Assembly: GCA_027492035.1 (NCBI GenBank)
Contig: JAOZFT010000004.1
Coordinates: 32,001-96,000 of the forward strand
Source of the DNA: Thermoproteota archaeon
GTDB taxonomy: Archaea; Korarchaeota; JAOZGF01; JAOZFZ01
Reading direction: 5' to 3'
DNA: 64,000 nucleotides
In this document: in pieces, positions 20,063 through 28,614 of the stretch
Position numbering within the stretch: the first letter of the stretch is position 1
Layout of the letters: each line of letters starts with the position of its first letter
Notes under the pieces: model-generated
The model's database searches: none
What the model was told of the DNA's origin: nothing
The model's input: only the letters and a program-made list of their open reading frames with translations
Made by a program: the position numbers and the translations under genes

Positions 20063-20794
20063 TTGAAAGAAAAACTCTCAGAAAAAATGCCAGAAATTTG
20101 CTTAACAATTACTTCGATAATGATTGCTATTGTGTTTGCAATAATTTACATTGTTAAATGTTCGCAGCCTATTAAACTAGACTTCACGGGTTTTATTGAA
20201 AACATAGGAAACAAGATTATTGATTTAATAGAGGTAACAGGTTATCCAGGAATCCTTTTTCTCATGGTTCTGGAAAGCGCCTTAATGCCAATACCCAGTG
20301 AAATAGTTATGCCCTTTTCAGGTTACTTAGTTCTACAGGGGAAACTAAACTTTACAGGAGTAGTTTTAGCCGGTTCGATTGGAAATTTAATAGGATCCCT
20401 TTTATCCTACTTGATAGGGTTAAAGTATGGAAGAAACTTCCTTGTAAAATACGGAAAATTCCTTTTGATAAAGAAGGAACATTTAGAGCTTGCAGAGAAA
20501 TGGTTTAAGAAATACGGAGACAGAACTGTTTTATTCAGCCGGCTACTGCCAGTAATAAGAACTGTTATTTCATTACCAGCTGGAATAGGAAAGATGGAGG
20601 GGGGTAGATTTACTTTATATACAATAGTTGGAGTGGTACCCTGGTGCTGCTTCCTAACCTATGCAGGAATTTTGTTAGGGAAAAATTGGACATGGATAGA
20701 GAAAATTTTACATAACGCCTCTATAACGATTACACTCCTCCTAATAGCTGCTTTAATAGTTTACTTTTTAAAGAAAAACATAATGCAAGGCTAA
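20063..20794 (+). CDS. DedA family membrane protein
   Basis: LESALMPIPSEIVMPFSG, SRLLPVIRTVISLPAG. Confidence 0.92.
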   Translation: MKEKLSEKMPEICLTITSIMIAIVFAIIYIVKCSQPIKLDFTGFIENIGNKIIDLIEVTGYPGILFLMVLESALMPIPSEIVMPFSGYLVLQGKLNFTGVVLAGSIGNLIGSLLSYLIGLKYGRNFLVKYGKFLLIKKEHLELAEKWFKKYGDRTVLFSRLLPVIRTVISLPAGIGKMEGGRFTLYTIVGVVPWCCFLTYAGILLGKNWTWIEKILHNASITITLLLIAALIVYFLKKNIMQG

Positions 20795-21003
20795 TTTACT
20801 TGTGTAGTTCCTTTCTTAATATTTAACTCCAGAAAAAGTGGAGATAAAGTTAAGGAAAAACAGAAAATAATAAGTTCCCTTTAACAACAGTATTATTTAT
20901 AGTTTTGCCCTTTTTTATTACTTCTTGAAAAGGAACCTAAATTTCTTCTCAGCTAAATTTTTCTCACAAGTTTCAGAAAATTCCATTCAATTTTAAACTG
21001 GAA

Positions 21004-22167
21004 GTGTTGAAGATGGGGGAAGTCCTAGTTGGAACATCGGGTTGGAGTTACGTTGAGTGGGTAGGACCCTTTTACAAAGAAGAAAAGGGAATGTTAAAGT
21101 TTTACTCCTCAATTTTTTCTTCTACAGAGGTTAATTCAACTTTCTACGCCTTGCCCCCCAAATGGATGGCTTTCAACTGGATAAAAAACACCAGTGAAGG
21201 ATTTCTTTTTTCTTTAAAGATTCCTAGACAGATTACTCACAAGTTGAAACTTGAAAACGCCGAAAAAAGCTTAAACGAATTTCTGTCTTTAATTGATCCT
21301 TTAGCTAAAAAAGGTAGACTCGGAGCCTTTCTTATTCAGTTACCCCCCAAACAAGAGCGTGACACAGAGAAATTGGAATCCTTCCTTTCAATTCTACCAG
21401 AGAAGTTCAGTTTTGCTGTTGAGTTCAGACATTTAAGTTGGCTTGAGGAGGAGGTTTTTAAGATTTTAGAGAAATATAACGTGTCTTATACAGTTGTCGA
21501 TGAACCCCTTCTTCCCCCTTTAGTGAAAGTCACTAGCGATTTTAGTTACGTAAGGTTTCATGGGAGAGGCAGGAAATATTGGTATAATTACCTTTACTTA
21601 GAGAAAGAATTGAAGGAGTGGGTTCCTAGAATTGAAGATTTGAAAAATCAGGTTAAGAGGATTTATGTTTATTTTAATAACCATTTCAAGGGTTATGCTC
21701 CGAAGAACGCTTTAGAACTTTTGAACATGCTTGGAACCCCCTCAAATAAAGAAATGAGGGATGTAAAGAATAGACTTGATAAATGGTTTGAAACAGGAGA
21801 AGTAGTTATTAGGCCTATACTTACAAAATTGCCTTCGAAAGGAAAGATTGGATTAAAGGAATTATTGGAGGTTTTCACGGATAGAAGAAGGTTAGAGAGA
21901 GCAAGGAAAATAGAATGTGGGGAAGTGAGGTTTTTAAAAGCAGATGAAAATTTAATCGAGGGAAAAGTTAAGGATTACACCGTAATAATTGACTTAAAGA
22001 ATAAAGTTTTAAGTCATGATTGCGCCGATTGGGGCAAAGTATGTTTAAAAAAGCTTTTTTGTAAACATGTGGCAGCTTTTTTCTTAAACATGAAGACGAA
22101 AAAATCTAAACAAACACTTATGAAAATTTATGAGGAAAGGGGTGACTGGAAGTTTAAGCCTTTATGA
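21004..22167 (+). CDS. DUF72 family protein with C-terminal SWIM-type zinc finger
   Basis: GTSGWSY..W, EVNSTFY, QLPP, VEFRH, YVRFHG, YFNN; tail HDCADW...CKH. Confidence 0.88.
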   Translation: MLKMGEVLVGTSGWSYVEWVGPFYKEEKGMLKFYSSIFSSTEVNSTFYALPPKWMAFNWIKNTSEGFLFSLKIPRQITHKLKLENAEKSLNEFLSLIDPLAKKGRLGAFLIQLPPKQERDTEKLESFLSILPEKFSFAVEFRHLSWLEEEVFKILEKYNVSYTVVDEPLLPPLVKVTSDFSYVRFHGRGRKYWYNYLYLEKELKEWVPRIEDLKNQVKRIYVYFNNHFKGYAPKNALELLNMLGTPSNKEMRDVKNRLDKWFETGEVVIRPILTKLPSKGKIGLKELLEVFTDRRRLERARKIECGEVRFLKADENLIEGKVKDYTVIIDLKNKVLSHDCADWGKVCLKKLFCKHVAAFFLNMKTKKSKQTLMKIYEERGDWKFKPL

Positions 22168-22176
22168 TTCAGTTAC

Positions 22177-22467
22177 TTAAAAATTTTTTAATTCTTTATT
22201 TAGCAGTTCAGCCATTATATGGCTTGTTACCTCAACATACACCTGCGATACCCCCTCTATTTTGGAAATCCTTTCTTTAATTTCTTTACCTATCATTAAA
22301 GCAAAAGCAGGTGGACAAAAAGGTGAAGTTAAGTGAAACTTTACTTTAATAGTACTATTTCTAATTTTTACTTCATCCACTAATTTCAACTCTGTAATAG
22401 GTACACCTATTTCAGGATCTAAAACTTTACTTAATTCTTGAAGGATCTGGTTTTCAGTAACCGTCAT
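22177..22467 (-). CDS. DUF59/SufT-like Fe-S cluster assembly protein
   Basis: VLDPEIGVPITELKLV and LTSPFCP motifs. Confidence 0.88.
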   Translation of the reverse strand: MTVTENQILQELSKVLDPEIGVPITELKLVDEVKIRNSTIKVKFHLTSPFCPPAFALMIGKEIKERISKIEGVSQVYVEVTSHIMAELLNKELKNF

Positions 22468-22570
22468 AATTATTTCACCTCTTTAGGCTTCTTCTTCCCC
22501 TCTAACCAAAAAAATGAAACTCAATATTTAAAAAAAGTGAATATTCCTTTTCACAAAGGAGGTAGGGATT

Positions 22571-23134
22571 ATGGAAAGCTTGATTGAAGAGATTTTGCAG
22601 TGGGGCAAAATTATTTATGAAAGAGGGCTTGTTTCGGGAAGGAACGGAAGCATCAGTGCAAGAGTTGGAGATTTCATGTACATCACAAAAAGAGATACAC
22701 CCCTCTTTATGCTCAAACAGGAAGATATAATGACTTTTCTGATTTCGAAAGATGAAAAAAACTCTGATTCTGGAATTGACGTCATTGTTCATAGGGAAAT
22801 TTATAGAAACTCTAAATTTAATGCCATCATTAAAGTTTACCCCTTGTATTGCATGGTTTATTCAACTGTTTTTAACCAGCTTGAAACTACTGGTTTACCC
22901 TACAAACTTACTAAAAACTTGGGAGTAGTGCCTGTTTTAAAGTTTGAAAACATTCAAAAACTGGTTCATGAAGTAGTGAGGAGTTTAGGGAGGAGTAAAT
23001 TGCTGATGATTCATTCGTATGGAGTGTTGAGCACAGGTTTTGATTTAAGGGAGTGTTTTAATCAAGTTGAAGAGCTTGAGTCCTTTCTTAAGTTTAAGTT
23101 TATGTTAAAACTTGGACAAGGTCTTCAAAAATAA
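22571..23134 (+). CDS. class II aldolase/adducin-fold protein, metal ligands degenerate
   Basis: RGLV..RNGSISAR, YIT, H.EIY fold motifs present; HxH replaced by KVY and NHG by SYG. Confidence 0.75.
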   Translation: MESLIEEILQWGKIIYERGLVSGRNGSISARVGDFMYITKRDTPLFMLKQEDIMTFLISKDEKNSDSGIDVIVHREIYRNSKFNAIIKVYPLYCMVYSTVFNQLETTGLPYKLTKNLGVVPVLKFENIQKLVHEVVRSLGRSKLLMIHSYGVLSTGFDLRECFNQVEELESFLKFKFMLKLGQGLQK

Positions 23135-23306
23135 AGCAGTTTAGATTTTCAGAGGATGAAAGGCCCCTTTTAGTTGATTAGCTATTTTATTTTTTCTTTT
23201 TGACGAAAACTCCTTTTTTGAACAGTTTCCAAAACAAAAAACTTTATATACGGACTCTTCCTTTTGAGAAAAGCAAGTTTTCCTTTTTCTAAGGTGAACT
23301 GTTAAA

Positions 23307-24014
23307 ATGTTAAAAAAGAAATTTTTTAAGTTCCTTGTAACAGTATTGGCTTCTGCCCTCTTATTAGCTACGTTAATGCCTCCATGTTTTTCTTTTCAAG
23401 AAATTGACTTATCTAACCGCTTCTACCTTGTCCAGAGCCAGAAAGTTCTTGTCATAACAGGTGACAACCCTGTGCCTGAAGATTTAAAAGCTGCCCAATT
23501 GGTTGCTGATTCTTTGAAGGAGAAAGGGAACTCTTCTGTTGAAATAGTTTCAGTTTCCCAAGTAAATAAGGAAGAGATAGAAACAAATAACTTGGTTTTA
23601 ATAGGGGGTCCCTTAAGCAATTTCTGGTACTACAGGTTACAATCACACTTCTCTTCATGGTTGACATATTACAAGGACAAGTGGACACTTGCAATTTCAG
23701 GTGTTCTCATTCAACATTTAAACAGCGGTTTCATAGATTTAGAAGTTAATCCCTATAATAGCAACAAGTTTGTTTTCATTGTCGCTGGAATGACTAGAAA
23801 TGGGACTCTTGCTGCAGGAATGGCTTTTGCAGAGTCTGATTTGTTAGCAAACAAAATAACAATTGTCAACTTTGTTGAAGGAGGTTATAAAGAAGTGATG
23901 TGCTTACCTTGGTTGGATGAGACAGTTAGAGAGAGACTGCAGTTAACACTTCCAGTAATGGGAAGCCTTTCCAGGACAGTCTTTGTTTTAACAAATTTTA
24001 AATTGATAGGTTGA
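23307..24014 (+). CDS. secreted S-layer-associated-domain protein
   Basis: Signal peptide; NLVLIGGPLSN and VFIVAGMTRNGT motifs typical of archaeal S-layer-related domains; TTTATATA TATA box near 23243. Confidence 0.65.
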   Translation: MLKKKFFKFLVTVLASALLLATLMPPCFSFQEIDLSNRFYLVQSQKVLVITGDNPVPEDLKAAQLVADSLKEKGNSSVEIVSVSQVNKEEIETNNLVLIGGPLSNFWYYRLQSHFSSWLTYYKDKWTLAISGVLIQHLNSGFIDLEVNPYNSNKFVFIVAGMTRNGTLAAGMAFAESDLLANKITIVNFVEGGYKEVMCLPWLDETVRERLQLTLPVMGSLSRTVFVLTNFKLIG

Positions 24015-24021
24015 AAAGTTT

Positions 24022-25587
24022 TCAGGAGGATTTCACATACTCCAACTTAACCCCTTTCTTTAATAACTTAATTAGTGTCCTCCCTTCCCTTGATCTTCTC
24101 TTAATTTTTATTTTTCCATCAGAGCCGCAGTGAGCAGTGAAAATATATCTTCCGTCAGCATAAATATCTGTTTCACTGTTTTCAAAGCCTCCAGGAAGCT
24201 TTAGAACAATCATTCCACGGATGATTTTGTAATATTCTTCTTCCTCTTCTTTAATAGGCATAACAACAACTTCTTCACCGAAAGAGTAAAGTTCATAGTC
24301 TAACTCACCTGTTGAGAGATCTCTTACCTCAATAACTGGACGTGACAACGCCCTGTCTGTGAAACCAGTTGGAACCTTTGTTTTTATTTGGAGAGTGTAA
24401 ACTTTCTCTATTCTCCCTTCTTTAATAAATATGACTGTATCAACTATTTGAGGAATCATGCCTAGCTCTACTCTTCCTATCAGTCTCTGTATAGCATCAA
24501 CTGGTGAGGAAGCATGAGTCACCCCTATCATCCCTACACCTGCTAACCTCATATCGGTGTAAACTTCAAAATCTGATGTTTTCCTCATTTCATCAAATAC
24601 TGTGTAATCAGGCCTTACAAGCAGCAGCACATCCGCTGTTTTAGACATGTCACCCTTTATTGAAGTGTACTGACTTACTTGTGGGGGCACAACTAAATCT
24701 CTTGGACTTTCCATTGTTTTAACGATTTTACCCTTTTTGAAGTACCATTCAGCTAAAGCTTGAGCAAACGTGGTTTTACCTGCTCCAGGGGGGCCTGAAA
24801 TAAGTATTCCTTCCGCTTTTTCACCTAGTCTTTTAATTAGTTTTCTTGACATGTCGTAATCTTCCAGTTTCACTTTCACAATCGGCCTTACGGCTGTTAT
24901 TTCAAGCCTTTCAGAGAAAGGAGGAACAGCTATTACTATTCTGTACTGGTGGAGTTGAATAACTGAAACCCCTTCTTCGTCTATCTCCACGAAACTATAG
25001 GGGTCTCTCCCTACCTTTTCTAGTATTTCAATAATCATTGCCTTCATTTCTTCAGTAGTTAACTCTTTATCAGACAGTTTAACCAGTCTCCATTTCCCAG
25101 GCTCCCCCTTTTTAGCTAACGGCTTACACCCTTCTTTCAAATGGATACTCATGACACCAGGTTCGAAAAATTTCTCTATAAAAGTGTTTCTGGTTTCAGG
25201 CCTTATTAAAATACTTTTCACCCCTTCAAGTTCAGCTATTTTACTTGTTACAAATTTAGCTGTTAAGAGAGTAGCGTTGTTTTTTTTGGCTATTTCTCTG
25301 CTTACTCTTGAAGCTGTTTTTTCGTTAACTTCCCCTTGAGTAAGTGGTTCATAGATTTCTAGGTTTATTATTCCCTCCTCATGGCATTTTTTCAATTTTT
25401 CCAGTTCATCTAAAGCACTTAAGCTTCGAGTCTTACCCTTCAAAAATTCTTGTTCCGTTAACCTTAAAACCTCAGAGGGAATTATTAGGTCCCCCCTGAT
25501 TTTTTTGGACCTGAAGTAATCCGAAACAAAGGAGTTGTAGATTGATGAATAATCTGCTACATAAACTTGTTGCACTCTGGTTCCCAT
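24022..25587 (-). CDS. PIN-domain ATPase PINA (Holliday-junction branch-migration family)
   Basis: N-terminal PIN-like domain, MSIHLKE, EITAVRP, GPPGAGKTT, TMESPRDL, RPDYTVFDEMR, GRVELG. Confidence 0.92.
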   Translation of the reverse strand: MGTRVQQVYVADYSSIYNSFVSDYFRSKKIRGDLIIPSEVLRLTEQEFLKGKTRSLSALDELEKLKKCHEEGIINLEIYEPLTQGEVNEKTASRVSREIAKKNNATLLTAKFVTSKIAELEGVKSILIRPETRNTFIEKFFEPGVMSIHLKEGCKPLAKKGEPGKWRLVKLSDKELTTEEMKAMIIEILEKVGRDPYSFVEIDEEGVSVIQLHQYRIVIAVPPFSERLEITAVRPIVKVKLEDYDMSRKLIKRLGEKAEGILISGPPGAGKTTFAQALAEWYFKKGKIVKTMESPRDLVVPPQVSQYTSIKGDMSKTADVLLLVRPDYTVFDEMRKTSDFEVYTDMRLAGVGMIGVTHASSPVDAIQRLIGRVELGMIPQIVDTVIFIKEGRIEKVYTLQIKTKVPTGFTDRALSRPVIEVRDLSTGELDYELYSFGEEVVVMPIKEEEEEYYKIIRGMIVLKLPGGFENSETDIYADGRYIFTAHCGSDGKIKIKRRSREGRTLIKLLKKGVKLEYVKSS

Positions 25588-25612
25588 TTCACTTGTTCCC
25601 CCATTCCAATAG

Positions 25613-26125
25613 TTAGAGACCTTTTAGTAATATTTCTTCCTTGAAGTTTTCAAAAAGTTGTTTTCTCCTTTTTAGTTCAGGTATTTTTTCAGTGAAAACC
25701 TCTGAACCATAAACCCTTTCTATTAACTTAAAAGCCAATTCAATAATTTCAACAGCGTCTTTAAAAAAGTTTAGTGTTCGCATCTCGACATTTCTAGCCA
25801 GTATCTTTACCTTATCCCCTTCCCTTATAAGTAATTCATCAAAATAGAGATTTCCTTTATCATCCTCCTTCATTTGGGCGTCAACAGAGAAGAGGGATGG
25901 GTTACCGCTTTCATCAATAAATAAGTGTCCACTGTAAAAACCTTCATTATAGAGAGCAATACACGCATTTAACAAATCAATTATTACTGACTCAAAATGG
26001 ATCCTGAATTGTTTAACGAAAGGGTTCAGTGTTTTGCCTGAATCAAGTCTGTTAAGGGATAGTTTAAGCGTACAAATTATTCCTTTATCCCTTTTTAGTT
26101 CAAAGTTTTCCAGGGTGAAAAACAA
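25613..26125 (-). CDS. hypothetical protein
   Basis: 170-aa ORF with GAGGT RBS, directly upstream of and co-directional with PINA. Confidence 0.6.
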   Translation of the reverse strand: MFFTLENFELKRDKGIICTLKLSLNRLDSGKTLNPFVKQFRIHFESVIIDLLNACIALYNEGFYSGHLFIDESGNPSLFSVDAQMKEDDKGNLYFDELLIREGDKVKILARNVEMRTLNFFKDAVEIIELAFKLIERVYGSEVFTEKIPELKRRKQLFENFKEEILLKGL

Positions 26126-26239
26126 ATTTTTTAACCTCTAAACTTACTTTTCCTTTTGAACCTTATTTAAATCCTCTTTCCACTCTTTCTTTTTAAATCC
26201 GTTACTTTTTGTTAAGGTTGATGCAGGTGGGAGGGTAAG

Positions 26240-26815
26240 ATGAAGAATTGGAAGAGAGGGGTGCGAGTTTTAGGTGTTGCTGAATCCTTTGCAAAGAAGG
26301 AGAAATTTTCTTGGGTTGTGGGAGTTGTTATGAAACCGAACCTTTTCATTGACGGAGTTAAGTTTGTTAATTTAACTGTTGGGGGGCTGGATGGAACAGA
26401 GAAAATAATTAAGTTGATTAAAAAATTTAACCGAAACGACATAAGGGTTTTGATGTTTAATGGCTGCGTTATAAGTTGGTTTAACATTATTTCGCTTCCA
26501 GAGATTTACGAAGAGTTCAGAATTCCCTTAGTTTGTGTAACTTACAATGAATCAGAGGGATTAGAGAAATTTTTGAAGGAGTACTTCCCTTCATCTTATA
26601 AGCAAAGGCTGAAACTTTATTTGGAGAACGGACCGAGAGAAAAGGTGAAATTGAAAACCGGTAAAGAGGTTTTTCTTAGATTTTTAGGTTTAAATAGAGA
26701 GGAGGCTGCGGAATTAGTAAATCTTTTCACTGTACAAGGGAAGAAACCTGAACCTTTGAGAGTAGCTAATTTAATAGCTAGAGAGTTAAGGCTAACTGTT
26801 AAGGAGAGTAAATAA
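26240..26815 (+). CDS. DUF99 family (endonuclease V-like) protein
   Basis: RVLGVAESF, TVGGLDGT, GCVISWFNII, PEPLRVA. Confidence 0.88.
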   Translation: MKNWKRGVRVLGVAESFAKKEKFSWVVGVVMKPNLFIDGVKFVNLTVGGLDGTEKIIKLIKKFNRNDIRVLMFNGCVISWFNIISLPEIYEEFRIPLVCVTYNESEGLEKFLKEYFPSSYKQRLKLYLENGPREKVKLKTGKEVFLRFLGLNREEAAELVNLFTVQGKKPEPLRVANLIARELRLTVKESK

Positions 26816-26995
26816 TTTAATTGTTTAGGAAACTTTTCTGAATGTTTCCAAAGGTAACTTTTTTAAAAAAAATTGAAAAAAGAACCTTGGAAAAAGAAAG
26901 TATTGTTTTCAATCCCCTAAGCTTTTTTTAAGAAAAAGAAGCAATACAGATACCTTTTTTCAACAGTACTTTTTGTTAAAAAAGAGGCTTCATCC

Positions 26996-28117
26996 ATGAA
27001 TGAAGAAGAAACTGTTGTGACACCTTGGGAAGTGAAAGGGAAACTTGACTATGTAAAACTAATTGAAGAATTCGGTACAAAACCATTAACTAAAGAAATA
27101 ATTGATAAACTTAAGAGTATCAGTGGTGGCCAGCATCACCTGATGATCAGAAGAAAACTTTTCTTTTCACACCGTGACTTCGACTTAATACTTAACCTTT
27201 ACGAGGAAGGAGAGAAAATAGTGCTTTACACAGGTAGAGGCCCATCCGGGCCTGTGCATCTTGGCCATTATGTCCCCTGGATTTTCACAAAATATCTTCA
27301 AGACGTTTTACATGCAAAGCTTTATTTTCAAATGACAGACGATGAAAAATTTCTTTTCCACAGAAACCTAACTCTTAAAGAAACAAAGAAATACACCATT
27401 GATAATGCTTTAGACGTGATTGCTGCAGGTTTTGACCCTAAAAAAACAAAGATCATAGTGGATTCAGAAAATATCTCATATCTTTACAAGATAGCTCTTA
27501 AAGTTGCTAAAAACATAACTTTTTCAACTATGAAAGCTGTTTTTGGATTCAAGGCAAGCACAAACATAGGTTTGATTTTTTACCCAGCCATTCAAGCAGT
27601 ACCAGCTTTTCTAGAAATGGAGTTGACAGGTGAAAGAACATATACGTTAATTCCTTGTGCCATTGACCAAGATCCTTACTGGAGAATTACACGCGACGTG
27701 GCAGCAAAAATAGGGTACACTAAACCTGCAAGTATTTACAATAAGTTTTTTCCAGGTTTATTAGCAGAAGGTAAAATGTCTTCCTCAATCCCGGAAAGCA
27801 CAATTTACATGACTGATAGAGATGAAGATGTGAAAATGAAGATAATGAACGCTTTCACAGGGGGGCAGCCGACAATTAGAGAACAGAGAGAGAAGGGAGG
27901 GAACCCTGAAATATGCACTGTTTTCCAATACCTTTACTTCCTTTTTGAACCGAGAGATGACAAGATAAGGGAGAGAGAAAAAGCTTGCCGAAAAGGCGAA
28001 ATTCTTTGTGGGGAATGTAAACAATATTTGATAGATAAGATAATTAAGTTTTTAGGGGAACATAGAAAGAAAAGAAAGAGGGCTGAATCTTTACTTGACA
28101 AGTTTTTAATGAAGTAA
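26996..28117 (+). CDS. trpS: tryptophanyl-tRNA synthetase (archaeal/eukaryal type)
   Basis: VTPWEV, YTGRGPSG..HLGH, TDDEK, IDQDPYWR, KMSSS, AFTGG. Confidence 0.96.
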   Translation: MNEEETVVTPWEVKGKLDYVKLIEEFGTKPLTKEIIDKLKSISGGQHHLMIRRKLFFSHRDFDLILNLYEEGEKIVLYTGRGPSGPVHLGHYVPWIFTKYLQDVLHAKLYFQMTDDEKFLFHRNLTLKETKKYTIDNALDVIAAGFDPKKTKIIVDSENISYLYKIALKVAKNITFSTMKAVFGFKASTNIGLIFYPAIQAVPAFLEMELTGERTYTLIPCAIDQDPYWRITRDVAAKIGYTKPASIYNKFFPGLLAEGKMSSSIPESTIYMTDRDEDVKMKIMNAFTGGQPTIREQREKGGNPEICTVFQYLYFLFEPRDDKIREREKACRKGEILCGECKQYLIDKIIKFLGEHRKKRKRAESLLDKFLMK

Positions 28118-28162
28118 ATTTTTAAACAGTTACTTCCTACACAAATTTATTGAAAGAATTTT

Positions 28163-28224
28163 AGAGATGATGAAAAAGATTAGAAAGGATTTCTTAAATG
28201 ACTTTCTGACGGGCAAACTGATCT
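28163..28224 (+). ncRNA. candidate C/D-box guide sRNA
   Basis: C box ATGATGA (28167-73), D box CTGA (28218-21), about 55 nt span, intergenic, followed by a T-run; D guide TGACGGGC is antisense to the universal 16S GCCCGUCA. Internal C'/D' boxes are degenerate. Confidence 0.4.
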
Positions 28225-28614
28225 TTTTCTCTTTATTAAGGGAGAGCACTAAGAGAATTAGGCAACATTAGGAATAAATAAAAACAACGTGGGCTGGAGA
28301 GGCCTATAGAAAACTTTACTTACATTTAGTATTGCCTAAAATATTTTGAGTTACTTCTTTTTAAACTGCTTTTTCTAAATTTTTAGGTTGAAATAATGAA
28401 CTTTCTTACCTATAAACTTCTCTTGTCTTTTTTGGGAAGCCTTTTAATGAACATAACAAATTATATTTTTCTAAACACGGAAAAACCAAGCATCCTTTTT
28501 GTCATCAGAATTTTCTTTGAAGCCTGTCCTTTTACAGCTAACGGATCAATACCTTTTTTTGAATCAATAGCAAGCTTATTTATTATTTGTTCTTCGATTT
28601 TTATGAACTTCTTT

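Noticed and set aside
28113-28272. Short + frame reading LEMMKKIRKDFLNDFLTGKL, reminiscent of the C-terminus of type I R-M HsdS subunits
   Set aside because: Only about 15 residues of loose similarity and no other hsd remnants; the same bases are explained at least as well by the C/D-box sRNA candidate.
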